Below are positions 16,659 through 27,200 of a DNA stretch of 64,000 bases, one piece after another (position 1 is the first letter of the stretch; every line of letters starts with the position of its first letter). A program made the position numbers and the translations under genes. Source of the DNA: an uncultured Candidatus Binatia bacterium (GTDB lineage: Bacteria; Desulfobacterota; Binatia; UBA9968; JAJDTQ01); contig OZ243916.1 in NCBI GenBank assembly GCA_965213675.1, positions 64,001 through 128,000 of the forward strand, in the 5' to 3' direction. The notes under the pieces were generated by a model. It was not told the origin of the DNA and did not search any database. It worked only from the letters and a program-made list of their open reading frames with translations.

Positions 16659-18020
16659 CTAGCCGGCAACGCTGGCCTGTTCCTGGCCCCGCCGCTCGAA
16701 GTAGTTCTTGGCGACTTCAGGGAACAGCGTGTAGGAGAGCACATCTTCCTCGCTGGCGGCAAGGTCGCCGATCTCCTTGCGCGCCTCCTCCATGCGGGGC
16801 TTCAGCAGGTCGGCGGGGCGGCAGGTGATGGGATCCTTCTTGCCCAGGACCATGGCCTTCATCTCGTCGCTCACCGTGCCCGGCGGCTCGCCGTAGTGCC
16901 CCATGACGTAGTTGCGCACCTCCATGGTCACCACGCCGTAGCGTTTGCCCATGAGGACGTTCAGCGTGGCTTGGGAACCCACGATCTGGCTGGTGGGGGT
17001 CACCAGCGGCGGGTAGCCCAAGTCCCTGCGCACCGCCTGAACCTCCTCGAGCACCTCGTCCAGGCGGTTCTCGGCGTTCTGCTGCCGTAGTTGGGACACC
17101 AGGTTCGAGAGCATACCGCCGGGAATCTGCGATTCGACGATGTCGGCGTTGACCCGGTTGCTGATGGCGCTCTCGAACTCGCCGTATCTGCCGCGCACCT
17201 CGGTGAAGTACTCGGCGATGCGGCCCAGTTGCTGGAGGTCGAGCCCGGTATCGTAGGGCGTTCCCTTGAGTGCCACCACCACGGCCTCGGTGGCCGGTTG
17301 CGAGGTGCCGTCGGAGAGCGTGGAAATGGCGGTGTCGATGATGTCCACGCCGGCCTCCACGGCCATGATATAGGCCATCTGGGCCATGCCCGTGGTGCAG
17401 TGGGAGTGAAGGTGCACGGGAATGTCGAAGCGGTCCTTCAGTGCCGCGATGAGATCGGCGGCCACGTACGGAGACAGCAGGCCGGCCATGTCCTTCACCG
17501 CCAGCACGTCGGTCCCGGCATCCACCAGCTTTTGGGCAAAGTCCACGAAATATTGCGTGGAGTGCACCGGACTGATGGTGTAGGACACGGCGGCCTCCAG
17601 GGTCTTGCCGGTGCGCTTCACCGCGTCCATGGATGTCTTCATGTTGCGGATGTCGTTCATGGCGTCGAACACGCGGAACACATCGATGCCGTTTTCCGCG
17701 GACTTCTCGATGAAGGATTCGACGGCGTCATCCGGGTAGTTGCGGTATCCGACGATGTTCTGGCCCCGCAACAGCATCTGCAGCCGGGAATGGGGCATGG
17801 CCTTGCGGATCAGCCGGAGGCGTTCCCATGGACACTCGTTCAGGTAGCGCAGGCAGGCGTCGAACGTGGCGCCGCCCCACATCTCCACCGACCAGAAGCC
17901 GACCTTGTCGATGGCCGCGGCGATGGGCAGCATGTCCTCGGTGCGCATACGCGTGGCCAGCAGGGACTGATGCGCGTCCCTGAGCACGGTTTCCATGATC
18001 CCGACTTTCTTCCCTTCCAT
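16659..18020 (-). CDS. Pyruvate/oxaloacetate carboxyltransferase (PycB/OadA/transcarboxylase 5S-like), no biotinyl domain
   Basis: LRDAHQSLLATRM, WGGATFD, KDMAG, HLHSH, QIPGGMLSN and PLVTPTSQIVG. RBS GGAG precedes ATG 18020. Confidence 0.88.
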   Translation of the reverse strand: MEGKKVGIMETVLRDAHQSLLATRMRTEDMLPIAAAIDKVGFWSVEMWGGATFDACLRYLNECPWERLRLIRKAMPHSRLQMLLRGQNIVGYRNYPDDAVESFIEKSAENGIDVFRVFDAMNDIRNMKTSMDAVKRTGKTLEAAVSYTISPVHSTQYFVDFAQKLVDAGTDVLAVKDMAGLLSPYVAADLIAALKDRFDIPVHLHSHCTTGMAQMAYIMAVEAGVDIIDTAISTLSDGTSQPATEAVVVALKGTPYDTGLDLQQLGRIAEYFTEVRGRYGEFESAISNRVNADIVESQIPGGMLSNLVSQLRQQNAENRLDEVLEEVQAVRRDLGYPPLVTPTSQIVGSQATLNVLMGKRYGVVTMEVRNYVMGHYGEPPGTVSDEMKAMVLGKKDPITCRPADLLKPRMEEARKEIGDLAASEEDVLSYTLFPEVAKNYFERRGQEQASVAG

Positions 18021-18318
18021 CAGTTTCTCCTGGTCTTGCGAGGGTCTTGTGAGGGGGTAACAACGTGGCGCTGGCTCACCGAAACGGCGCCCGCCAGTGT
18101 CGAGTCCCGTAAATTCCTGCGACAAGAAGCGCAGGAATTTTCTTTGTCGGCAAGGCGTGATCACAAGCAGTGGCGGTTACCACGCCAGGAAGAGCAACAC
18201 AGCCGGCGGCGAAAAAGACCAGCAAATTATCGCAGAAATTTACAGGACACCGCACCACACTACGGCATCCCGCACACGTTTGCAAATAAAACCGCGCTTG
18301 TGCGCAGGCGGAGATGGT

Positions 18319-19812
18319 TCAGGCCATGATGGACTTGACCGGGGGGTCGGTCGCGGGGAGCATCGGGGGATCGAAGGCTCGATGCAGGTAGACGGAGACC
18401 TGGGTGCCCTTGCCCAGGCGGCTCTCGATCTTCAGCGCTCCATCGTGGGCCTGGGCGATGTGCTTCACGATGGCGAGCCCGAGTCCCGTGCCTCCCAATT
18501 CCCGTGAACGCGCCTTGTCGACCCGGTAGAAGCGTTCCGTGAGTCGAGGGAGGTCCTTGTCCGGGATGCCGCAACCGGTATCGGATACGGTCAGAACGAC
18601 CCTGGGTGGGCCGGCGCCGCTCATGACGGGTTCCATGTCGGCCTCGACCCTTACATCGCCGCGGTCGGGCGTGTACTTGAGGGCGTTGTCGACGAGGTTG
18701 ATGAGCAATTGCTGGAGGCGGTCCTCGTCTCCCAGGACGTTCGGAGTGTCCGTGCCGACGCGGGCGCGCAGCCGGATGTCCTTCTTCCGGGCCTGCTCGC
18801 GGAACAGTTCCAGCACCCGGTCCAGCAGTGGCTGGACGGCCACCGCCTTCATGCGCACGTTCACGTTGCCCATTTCCAGATCGGACAGCGCCAACAGATC
18901 GTCGATCAGACGGCCGAGGCGCTCGGAGTGGCGCGTGACGATGTTGAGAAACTGCCGCGCCATGTGGGGGTCGCTGGGCGGGTTGTGCAGCAGCGTCTCC
19001 GCGTAGCCCTGGATGGCAGTCAGCGGCGTGCGCATTTCGTGGGAGACATTGGCCACGAAATCGGCGCGGATCCGCTCCAGGCGCTTCAACTCGCTGACTT
19101 CGTGGAAGACCAGCACGTAGCCCAGGAGTTCCTGCGGCGCATGCTCCAGACGCGCGGCATTGGCCGCGAACCAGCGGTCGTCACCGAGGGACAACTCCCG
19201 GTAAGCGGCATCGCAGTCGGTGTGCAGCACTTCCTGGATCAGCGCCTGCATTTCGGGATGGCGGGAGATTTCAACCGTCGACATGCCCAGGACGCTGTTG
19301 TCGGACGGCAGCTTGAAGATCCTCTGTGCCGTCTGGTTCACGAGGATGACCTTGCCCCGGGTGTCCAGCACGATGACGCCTTCCATCATGCAACTCAGAA
19401 TGGACTGGAGCCGTTCCCTTTCCGCCGTCATGTCCTCAAGGCGGGCGGTGAATGTTCCAACCAGCTCGTTGAGGCCTTGCTCCAACTTTCCGAGGTCGTC
19501 TTGACGACGGACCGTCAGTCCCTTGCCGGGCGGTGTGGCCACGCCGGTATTACGGCAGAATGCCACCATGTCCGCGACACGGCGGCGTGAGCGCCGCAGC
19601 CACAGGACGGACCCTGCGATGCCAAGGACGAACAGCAGCCAGAACAGCATCGCAAGCCATGAATCGACGGCGGGCGCTGCCGTTCCGCTTGAGGGAATGA
19701 TCGGGAAATGCGAATGGGCGAGGGTGGGAAGCAGGATCGCGAAGCAGGCGAGAAACGCCGAATAGCCGCGCCGCCGCGCGGGAGCCGGATTATTTTCCCA
19801 GAGTTTTTTCAT
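18319..19812 (-). CDS. phoR: PhoR-like sensor histidine kinase
   Basis: TM/HAMP/PAS regions, H-box FVANVSHEMRTPLT, NLVDNALKY and RFYRVDKARSRELGGTGLGL. In an operon with phoU and phoB. Confidence 0.85.
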   Translation of the reverse strand: MKKLWENNPAPARRRGYSAFLACFAILLPTLAHSHFPIIPSSGTAAPAVDSWLAMLFWLLFVLGIAGSVLWLRRSRRRVADMVAFCRNTGVATPPGKGLTVRRQDDLGKLEQGLNELVGTFTARLEDMTAERERLQSILSCMMEGVIVLDTRGKVILVNQTAQRIFKLPSDNSVLGMSTVEISRHPEMQALIQEVLHTDCDAAYRELSLGDDRWFAANAARLEHAPQELLGYVLVFHEVSELKRLERIRADFVANVSHEMRTPLTAIQGYAETLLHNPPSDPHMARQFLNIVTRHSERLGRLIDDLLALSDLEMGNVNVRMKAVAVQPLLDRVLELFREQARKKDIRLRARVGTDTPNVLGDEDRLQQLLINLVDNALKYTPDRGDVRVEADMEPVMSGAGPPRVVLTVSDTGCGIPDKDLPRLTERFYRVDKARSRELGGTGLGLAIVKHIAQAHDGALKIESRLGKGTQVSVYLHRAFDPPMLPATDPPVKSIMA

Positions 19813-20503
19813 CCAGTTTGTAGCCGACGCCGCGTATGGTCACGATCCATTCAGGATTGTGGTCGTCGTATTCGAGGGCTTCCCGGATGCGCCGGATATG
19901 CACATCCACCGTGCGCGGATTCACGTAGACGTCGGATTGCCAAACGCCGTCCAGGATCTGATCCCGGCTCAATACCCGATTCCGGTTCTGGATCAGAAAT
20001 CGCAGGACCTCAAACCCTTTGAGCGTGAGATGCTTCACCGGCTTTCCGGCGACACGCACCTCGTACGTCGTGAAGTTTACCTGAAGGGGTCCCTTTTCGT
20101 AAATTTCGGAGACATCCGGCGCCGCCTGCGGCGTGGTGCGCCGGAGCACGGCCTTGACCCGCGCCACCATTTCCCTGGGGCTGAAGGGTTTTGTGATGTA
20201 GTCGTCGGCGCCCAGTTCCAGGCCCACCACGCGGTCGGCCTCGCCGGCCTTGGCCGTGAGCATCAGGATCGGCGTATGGGCGGTCTCGGGGTTTTGCCGG
20301 ATGATCTTGCAGAAATCCAGCCCGGAGAGGCTCGGCAACATCAGGTCCAGGACGATCAGCCGGGGTGTTTCCTGCTGGACGAGATCCAGTGCGTCTTCGC
20401 CGTTCTCCGCCTCGATCACGCGAAAACGCTCCTGAGTCAGATGGTAGGCGATCAGCTTTCGAATGTCCGCTTCGTCGTCTACGACGAGAATCCTGTCCGT
20501 CAT
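19790..20503 (-). CDS. phoB: PhoB-like OmpR-family response regulator
   Basis: ILVVDDE, LDLMLP, GADDYITKPFSPRE and RTVDVHIRRIR. Confidence 0.85.
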   Translation of the reverse strand: MTDRILVVDDEADIRKLIAYHLTQERFRVIEAENGEDALDLVQQETPRLIVLDLMLPSLSGLDFCKIIRQNPETAHTPILMLTAKAGEADRVVGLELGADDYITKPFSPREMVARVKAVLRRTTPQAAPDVSEIYEKGPLQVNFTTYEVRVAGKPVKHLTLKGFEVLRFLIQNRNRVLSRDQILDGVWQSDVYVNPRTVDVHIRRIREALEYDDHNPEWIVTIRGVGYKLDEKTLGK

Positions 20504-20525
20504 GGGACTCCTCGGCGCCCGGTGG

Positions 20526-21212
20526 TCAGATGGTGCGGGGTACTTCTTTCACGTGGCGTATGCTTTTCCCCTTGACCAGAAAGATGACCATTTCCGCGAT
20601 GTTGGTGGCGTGGTCCGCGATCCGCTCCAGGTACTTTGAAACGAAGGTGATCTTCATGGCGCGGTTGATGGTCCTGGGCTCGGTGATCATGTACGAAACC
20701 GTCTCGCGGAAGATCTGTTCGTTCAGGTCGTCGATCTCCTGATCGTCCTGACACACTTTCAACGCCAGCATCGTGTCTTCCTGGACGAAGGCGTTGAGGC
20801 TCTCCGAGATCATTCTTCGGCTGATCTCGGCCATGCGCGGCAGGTCGATGTAGGGTTTGAGGGGGGCCTCCCGGAGCAGTTCCAGGGACCGCTCGGAGAC
20901 GTTCACGGCGATGTCTCCGATCCTCTCCAGGTCGGTGGTGATCTTGAGGGCCGTGGTCACGAAGCGGAGGTCCTTCGCCGCGGGTTGATGCAGCGCGATC
21001 AGGCGTACGCACAGTTCGTCGATTTCAGCGTCCATCTGGTTGACCTCGGCATCCCGCTGGATCACGCCCTCCGCGAGTGATGCCTCGCGGTCCACCAAGG
21101 CTCGGATGGCGCGGGCGATCTGATCCTCCACCAGACCGCCCATCTTGATGATTCTTTCACGCAGGGATTTGAGATCTTCCTCGTATTTTCGATCCGTGTG
21201 CTCCGGGCGCAT
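20526..21212 (-). CDS. phoU: Phosphate signalling protein PhoU
   Basis: HQPAAKDLR, TDLERIGD and LERIADHATNIAE. Confidence 0.95.
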   Translation of the reverse strand: MRPEHTDRKYEEDLKSLRERIIKMGGLVEDQIARAIRALVDREASLAEGVIQRDAEVNQMDAEIDELCVRLIALHQPAAKDLRFVTTALKITTDLERIGDIAVNVSERSLELLREAPLKPYIDLPRMAEISRRMISESLNAFVQEDTMLALKVCQDDQEIDDLNEQIFRETVSYMITEPRTINRAMKITFVSKYLERIADHATNIAEMVIFLVKGKSIRHVKEVPRTI

Positions 21213-21290
21213 GGCCAACCTCGTCGATCTGGCATCCACGGAGAACCATGACACTGGATGCCGTCCGTCGAACTAGCTTCGCGAAGTCTC

Positions 21291-21387
21291 TCCCGAGCCT
21301 GGCGTGTGGCTCAGGACCCACAGGCACAGTATCGGCGGAACCGTGGGCTTGACATCGTTCGTCCTGAGCCAAGCGAAGTCGAAAGAC
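21291..21387. repeat. Two inverted copies of a short dispersed repeat (GTCCTGAGC...GAAGTCGAA family)
   Basis: CGTTCGTCCTGAGCCAAGCGAAGTCGAAAGAC at 21356-21387 and an inverted copy at 21291-21317. Relatives at 52102-52127 and 57951-58010. Confidence 0.6.
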
Positions 21388-21445
21388 ACCAAACCGAATC
21401 CGGCGGACACCCGGTGAATGATGTCATTTCACGCTGGTCATTCGG

Positions 21446-21473
21446 GTTACGGTGAGGTGACGATCCCGTTAAA
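21446..21473 (-). promoter_or_regulatory. Candidate Pho box upstream of phoU-phoB-phoR
   Basis: Minus-strand half-sites TTTAAC, CGTCAC and CGTAAC at exact 11-bp period. Confidence 0.5.
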
Positions 21474-21503
21474 TCAATGGAACTCCGAACCGTTCCAGCG
21501 CTC

Positions 21504-23048
21504 TCAACGGTGTCCGCCGGACACGTCGCCATGTGCCGGACCGCTGCCACCGGCCTCGATCCGGAATGCTTCCGGATGCAGTTCCGGATTCGCCTTGATG
21601 ACGACCGGGTGATCGATCTCACGCTCGAGCGCCTCCAGCCCCTCGCTGGCCTGGTCGTAGAGGAAGTTCGCGATGCCCGGGTGGACGTGCACGGTAATGC
21701 GCCCGCCATTGGCGAGTTGGGCGCTCTCGCGCTTGATGTCGCGCAGGATCTCGTAGGCGATGGTGGGCTGGGATCGGACCCGGCCGCGGCCGGCGCATTG
21801 GGGACACGGAACCATCAGCAGGTTGCCGAGGTTCTCCCGGGTGCGCTGTCGGGTCATTTCTACGAGCCCGAGCCTGGAAATGGGCAGCACCCGGGTCCTG
21901 GCCTTGTCCTGCTTCACCGCTTCTTTCAGAGCCTCGTAGACCTTTTTCCGGTTGGCGGCCTGGGCCATGTCGATGAAGTCGATGATGATGATGCCGCCCA
22001 CGTTGCGCAACCGGAGTTGATGAACGACCTCGCGGGTCGCCTCCAGATTGATTTTCAGCACCGTGGCTTCGAGGTCCTTCTTGCCCACGTAGCGGCCGGT
22101 GTTCACGTCCACCGCGGTGAGCGCCTCGGTTTGCTCGATGTTGATGTATCCTCCGGAATTCAGCCAGATCTTGGACTCCAGCGCCTTGCGGATCTTGCGC
22201 TCGATCTCGTAGCGGTCGAGTAGCGGCTCGGGGCCGTCGCACAGCACCACGCGGCTCTTCAGGCGCGGCATGAAGTGCTGCACGAACTCGACCACGCGCC
22301 GGTACTCCCTCGGTTGGTCGAGCACCACCTCCTCGGTGTTGGCGTTGAAGAAGTCGCGGATGGTGCGCGGGACCAGGTCCAGGTCCTGATGGATCTGCTC
22401 CGGCGTCGCTGCAGCGTCCAGCCGTTTGCGGATACGGTCCCAGAGCTTCGTGAGAAACCGGACATCGCTCTGGATGTCCTTCTTGATGCGCCCCTCGCAC
22501 GCCGTGCGGATGATGAATCCCTCGTCTTCCCCCGCCAGTTCCTGGACGATTTCCTTCAGCCGTTTCCGTTCCTTGTCGTCGTCGATCTTGCGGGAGACCG
22601 CGACGTGGTGGGTGCCGGGCATGAAAACCAGGAACCGGCCGGGCAGGGAAATGTGGGTGGTGACGCGGGCCCCTTTCATTCCCAGAGGATCCTTGGCCAC
22701 CTGCACCAGGATCTCCTGGTCCGGGCTCAGTTGCTGCTCGATCCGTTGCGGGCTCGGGTCGGGTGGAGGCTCCAGCAGCGCCTCGTCACCGTTCTCCGAC
22801 AGGCTTGCGGGCAGGTCGGCGGGTGGGGGGCCGACATCGGACGCATGGAGGAACGCGGCCTTCTCAAGGCCAATGTCCACGAACGCGGCCTGCATGCCGG
22901 GCAGGACGCGCCCGACGCGGCCCTTGTAGATGTTGCCGACACAGCCTCGTTCCTGATTACGCTCGATCAGGAACTCCGCCAGGGCATTGTCCTCCATCAC
23001 GGCGATGCGGGTTTCTTCGGGGGTGGTGTTGATGAGAATGCGTCTCAT
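21504..23048 (-). CDS. rng: Rne/Rng family ribonuclease (RNase G)
   Basis: GNIYKGRVGRVLPGMQAAFVDIG (S1 domain), TAVDVNTG, GGIIIIDFIDM and CPQCAGRG. Confidence 0.92.
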   Translation of the reverse strand: MRRILINTTPEETRIAVMEDNALAEFLIERNQERGCVGNIYKGRVGRVLPGMQAAFVDIGLEKAAFLHASDVGPPPADLPASLSENGDEALLEPPPDPSPQRIEQQLSPDQEILVQVAKDPLGMKGARVTTHISLPGRFLVFMPGTHHVAVSRKIDDDKERKRLKEIVQELAGEDEGFIIRTACEGRIKKDIQSDVRFLTKLWDRIRKRLDAAATPEQIHQDLDLVPRTIRDFFNANTEEVVLDQPREYRRVVEFVQHFMPRLKSRVVLCDGPEPLLDRYEIERKIRKALESKIWLNSGGYINIEQTEALTAVDVNTGRYVGKKDLEATVLKINLEATREVVHQLRLRNVGGIIIIDFIDMAQAANRKKVYEALKEAVKQDKARTRVLPISRLGLVEMTRQRTRENLGNLLMVPCPQCAGRGRVRSQPTIAYEILRDIKRESAQLANGGRITVHVHPGIANFLYDQASEGLEALEREIDHPVVIKANPELHPEAFRIEAGGSGPAHGDVSGGHR

Positions 23049-23087
23049 GTGCCACGCGAATTCGAGAGTAGGGCGGCTTGCGGACTC

Positions 23088-23302
23088 CAGGAGCCTGTCG
23101 GGTGTATCGGGAGTCTGCGGCGAGGCAGGGAAAGGGGTTTCCGGGGTCCATTTCCGGGTGGATCTTCGTCGAATAGTACCCAATCAATTGCCAATATTCT
23201 TTTCTCCTCGGATCCTTCGTTTCTCCTCGGTTCCGCCGGAAACGGGCCTATGAAACGGGCCTTTGTCTCTCGCTACGATTCGATAAACCCGGCAGACTCC
23301 TG
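23088..23302. mobile_element. MITE-like non-autonomous element (215 bp) with 22-bp imperfect terminal inverted repeats
   Basis: Left end CAGGAGCCTGTCGGGTGTATCG versus reverse complement of the right end CAGGAGTCTGCCGGGTTTATCG (19/22 match). Internal blocks are shared with 51402-51566. Confidence 0.7.
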
Positions 23303-23416
23303 ATCCAGGATAGGCGAGTCGCCGGTGAATGGCAAACCGCGACCGGGCGTGCGTGTGTTTGACAAGGCAGGCCACGGAGGTTAGTTAAGTTCCGGTAGAC
23401 TCAACACGAGAACTCT

Positions 23417-24079
23417 GTGGACACGGTGACAGGACAGGAAGCGAACAGGGTCGTAGCCTCGGGCCGTTCCGTGATGCACACAAGGGTGCTGATGTTGAAT
23501 CGTTCGTACCTGCCGATTCACGTCACTTCAGTACGACGGGCTTTTTCACTTCTGTATCTCGGCATCGCCAGGGTCGTCAACGAGCAGTACCAGACCTTCG
23601 ACTTCGAACGCTGGAGTGCGCTGAGGGTCCCGTTGGACGGGGATTCGGTGGGCATGGTCGGTCACGCCATCCGCGTTCCCCGGGTCATACTGCTGGTGCG
23701 GTACGACCGTGTGCCCAGGCGGCAGGTGCGTTTCAGCCGCGTCAACATCTATGCGCGCGACAAGTCCACTTGCCAGTACTGCGGGGAAAGGCTTCCGCGC
23801 CACCAACTCAATCTGGATCACGTGATTCCCCGTTCCCGTGGCGGCGCATCCAGGTGGGACAACGTGGTTTGTTCCTGCGTCCCGTGCAACCGGAGAAAGG
23901 GAGGCCGTACGCCCCAGGAAGCACGGATGCAGCTCTTGCAGAAGCCGTGCAAGCCCACATGGACGCCTTTCATTCAGGACGCAGGGGGCGGTGTGCGCCA
24001 TCGCGAATGGCTGCCCTTCCTGCCCGCCATGGAGGCCGCCGGCCGGGGCGCCGTTGTGCCGGAAGATGGCGCGCCCTGA
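23417..24079 (+). CDS. HNH endonuclease (McrA-like stand-alone)
   Basis: VLMLNRSYLP, RDKSTCQYCG, LDHVIPRSRGG and CVPCNRRKG. Start may be ATG 23474. Confidence 0.88.
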   Translation: MDTVTGQEANRVVASGRSVMHTRVLMLNRSYLPIHVTSVRRAFSLLYLGIARVVNEQYQTFDFERWSALRVPLDGDSVGMVGHAIRVPRVILLVRYDRVPRRQVRFSRVNIYARDKSTCQYCGERLPRHQLNLDHVIPRSRGGASRWDNVVCSCVPCNRRKGGRTPQEARMQLLQKPCKPTWTPFIQDAGGGVRHREWLPFLPAMEAAGRGAVVPEDGAP

Positions 24080-24216
24080 ACCCACATGTTGTGGTGACTT
24101 GCCGCAACCATCACTTCATATTGTGAGTCTTCCTTGACACCCGGCCTTGGCGCGTGGAATAAGGAATGATGGAGGGACCGCACCGCCATGCTTGCCGGCG
24201 GCGCGGGATTCATCGC

Positions 24217-27200
24217 ATGCGTCTGAAGGCTCTGGAAATTTCCGGTTTCAAGTCGTTCGCCGAGAAGACTGTCCTGAACTTCACCTCGGATGTCACCGCC
24301 ATCGTGGGGCCCAACGGGTGCGGCAAGTCCAACATTGTCGACGCCCTTCGATGGGCCATGGGCGAGCAGAGCGCCCGGCATCTTCGCGGCCAGTCCATGG
24401 AGGACGTCATCTTCGGCGGCAGCGAGCGACTGGCGGCCATCGGCATGGCGGAGGTCACCGTCCTGCTCGACAACGCCGATCACAGCGCACCCTCCGACTA
24501 CGCCGCCTTCGCCGAGATCGCGATCACGCGGCGCCTGTTCCGCTCGGGTGAATCGGAATACTTCATCAACCGGGTTCCCTGCCGGCTGCGCGACATCGTG
24601 GACCTGTTCCTGGGCACCGGTATCGGCAACAAGTCCTATTCGATCATCGGACAGGGACGGGTGGAGGAGCTCGTCAACGCAAGGCCCGAGGATCGGCGCC
24701 GTGTCATCGAGGAGGCGGCCGGCACGAGCCGTTTCAAGAGCCGCAGGCAGGCGGCCGAACGGAGGATGGAGCGCACGCGCCAGAACCTGTTGCGCGTCAA
24801 CGACATCGTGCGCGAAGTGGATGGCCAGCTTCGCAAGATCGAGTTGCAGGCGAGGAAGGCGGAACGCTACCGGAACCTCAAGGAGCAGTTGAAGGAACAA
24901 GAACTGCGTTGGGCGGGCTTCCGCAAGGGCCAATTGGAAGGGGAGATTGCGGAACGCGGAGCGGCGATCCGTGCGGTCGAGGAACGCATCGCCTCGCTGA
25001 TGGCGACGATGCGGGGCCAGGAGGCGGAAGGCGAGCGGCTTCGCGCCGCGTTGCAGGAGGCGGAGGAGGCTGTCGGTGCGGTGCAGGAGCGGCTTTACCA
25101 GGCCAGATCCGCCCGCCAGGCCGAGGAGCAGCGGATCGGGTTCTTCGAACGCGCCCAGGAGGAGTCGCGCGAGTTCGCCGGCGCCGCGCGGGAGGAGGCG
25201 GTGCGGACCGCCGCGCGTCTTGAGGCCATTGCGAGCGAGGTCGAGGATCTGGGTCAGGCCGTCGATGAGTTCTCACGGGTTTGGCGACGGGAAGCCGAAC
25301 GGGTGGAGCGCACCGAGTCGGAGACGGAAGTCCTGCGCGCTCGGATCGGCGAGATCGAGGCCGCTGTTGAGCAGGAACGCGAGCGCCGGTCGGATCGAAT
25401 GTTCGAGCATTCCCGTCTTATCAACTCGCGCCAGAGCCATCAGGAACGGCTGGAGCGGCTGAGAACTGAGTCAGCGGAGAAGGAGAGCCAGCAGCGGTCC
25501 ATGGAACAGGCGCTGGAAGCGATGCGCCAGCAGCGCGCGCGCGAGGCCCGGGAGCTCGACGGTTGCATGACCCGTGCCGCCGCGCGGGAGGAGGCGCTGC
25601 GGCGCGCGGACACGGATCTGGAACGAAGCCGGCGCGAACTGGCCGAGGATGAGGCCGGCCTCGGCCGGTTGAAGGATGAGTTGCAGGCGGCGCGCTCCGC
25701 GCTGAGTTCTCTGGAGGTCCTGCAAAAGAACTTCGAGGGCTATCAGGAAGGCGTACGCGCCGTCATGGTCAACCATCAGAGCAACGGCGGCTCCGACGGG
25801 GTGTGCGGCGTGGTGGCGGATTTCATCGAAGCCCCTGAAGAGGTGGAACGGGCACTGACGGCTGTGTTGGGAGAGCGGCTTCAGTACGTGGTGGTGGAGG
25901 GACATCGAGAAGGGGTGGAGGCGATCGAGTATCTCAAGCGCGAATCAGCGGGGCGGGGTGGTTTCATCCCGCGCCGTTTCGAGCGCGGCAACTGTGCCGC
26001 GCCGGCCGCCCCGGCGGATGCCGATGTCGTCGCGCCGTTGCTGCGCCTCGTGCGGGTCAAGGAAGGGTACCGGGACGTGGCCGACTACCTGCTGGGTGAC
26101 GTGTCGGTTGTCAGGGACCTGGAATCGGGGTTGGGGCTGTGGCGCACCAACGGTTTCAGCCATTCGCTGGTGACTCTGGACGGCGAGGTCATCGACCCCA
26201 TGGGGGTGGTCACCGGCGGTAGCGTTGAGAGTCTGCAAGGGGGGCCGATCTCCCGTCGCCGCAGGATCAAGGAATTGCAGGGACAGGTTGTTTCCGGGGA
26301 AGAGCGGGCGCGGCGCGCGCGTGAAGGCGTAGCCGCGCGGTGCGCGAGCGTCGAAGCCATGGAGATGGAACGCCGGCGGCTGGGCGAGGAAGTCCAGGAG
26401 CTGGCGGTCACGAAGGTGCAGCGCGAGCAGGAACTGCTGCGCACGGACCAGACCGTGGCCCGCTCCGTGCGCGATCTGGAGACCTTGGCCCAGGAACTGC
26501 GTCACGTGGCGGACGAGATGGCCAGCCTGCACGACGCCGCTGCCGCATGCGATGCGGCCATTGCCGATGGTACCCGCGAGGAAGAGGTGTCGCGGTCGAG
26601 ATTGGACGTGATGCAGGGCGGCTTGCAGGAATCCGTCGAGGAGCTGCGCGCGGCCGACGGTTGTCTGACCGCATGCCGCGTGAGCGCGGCGGAGGCGAAG
26701 GAGAGGGCGGAGAATGCCAAGGCCAACCTCGCCAATCGGGTCAGCCAGCGCGAAGAACTTGCGGCGCAACTCCGGGAGCGCGAAAGGCGCACGGCCGAAA
26801 TGAGCCGGAAGGTTCAGGAGATGAGCGAGTCGCGCCAGCAGGCGGCGTTGCGGGTCGAAGCGCTGCGGGCGGAAGTCGATGGTCTCGAGGCCGAGGTGGC
26901 CTCGCGGCAGCGGCATCAACGGGAACTCTCCGGTCGCGCGCGCGCGGCGCAGGAGGCGGCTCATCGGATGCGCCCCGACGTGGACGCGTTGCAGGAGAAC
27001 CGCAACCAGCTTCACTTGCGCGAGCGCGAGCTATCCATGGAATTGGGCCATTTGGGCGACGACATCCGGGACAAATACGGCGTGGAGCTCCCGGATCCTC
27101 CCGCCGGACCGGACGATGGGCCGAGCGCCGGTGATCTGGCCGAACAGGTGGCGGAGTTGCGCGCGCGGCTGCAGCGCATGGGAGAGGTCAACCTCGCGGC

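Noticed and set aside
23417-24079. HNH nuclease next to smc as a defence system (Wadjet/Lamassu-like)
   Set aside because: The SMC is the canonical hinge-containing housekeeping protein in smc-ftsY context, and the HNH belongs to a widespread stand-alone family.
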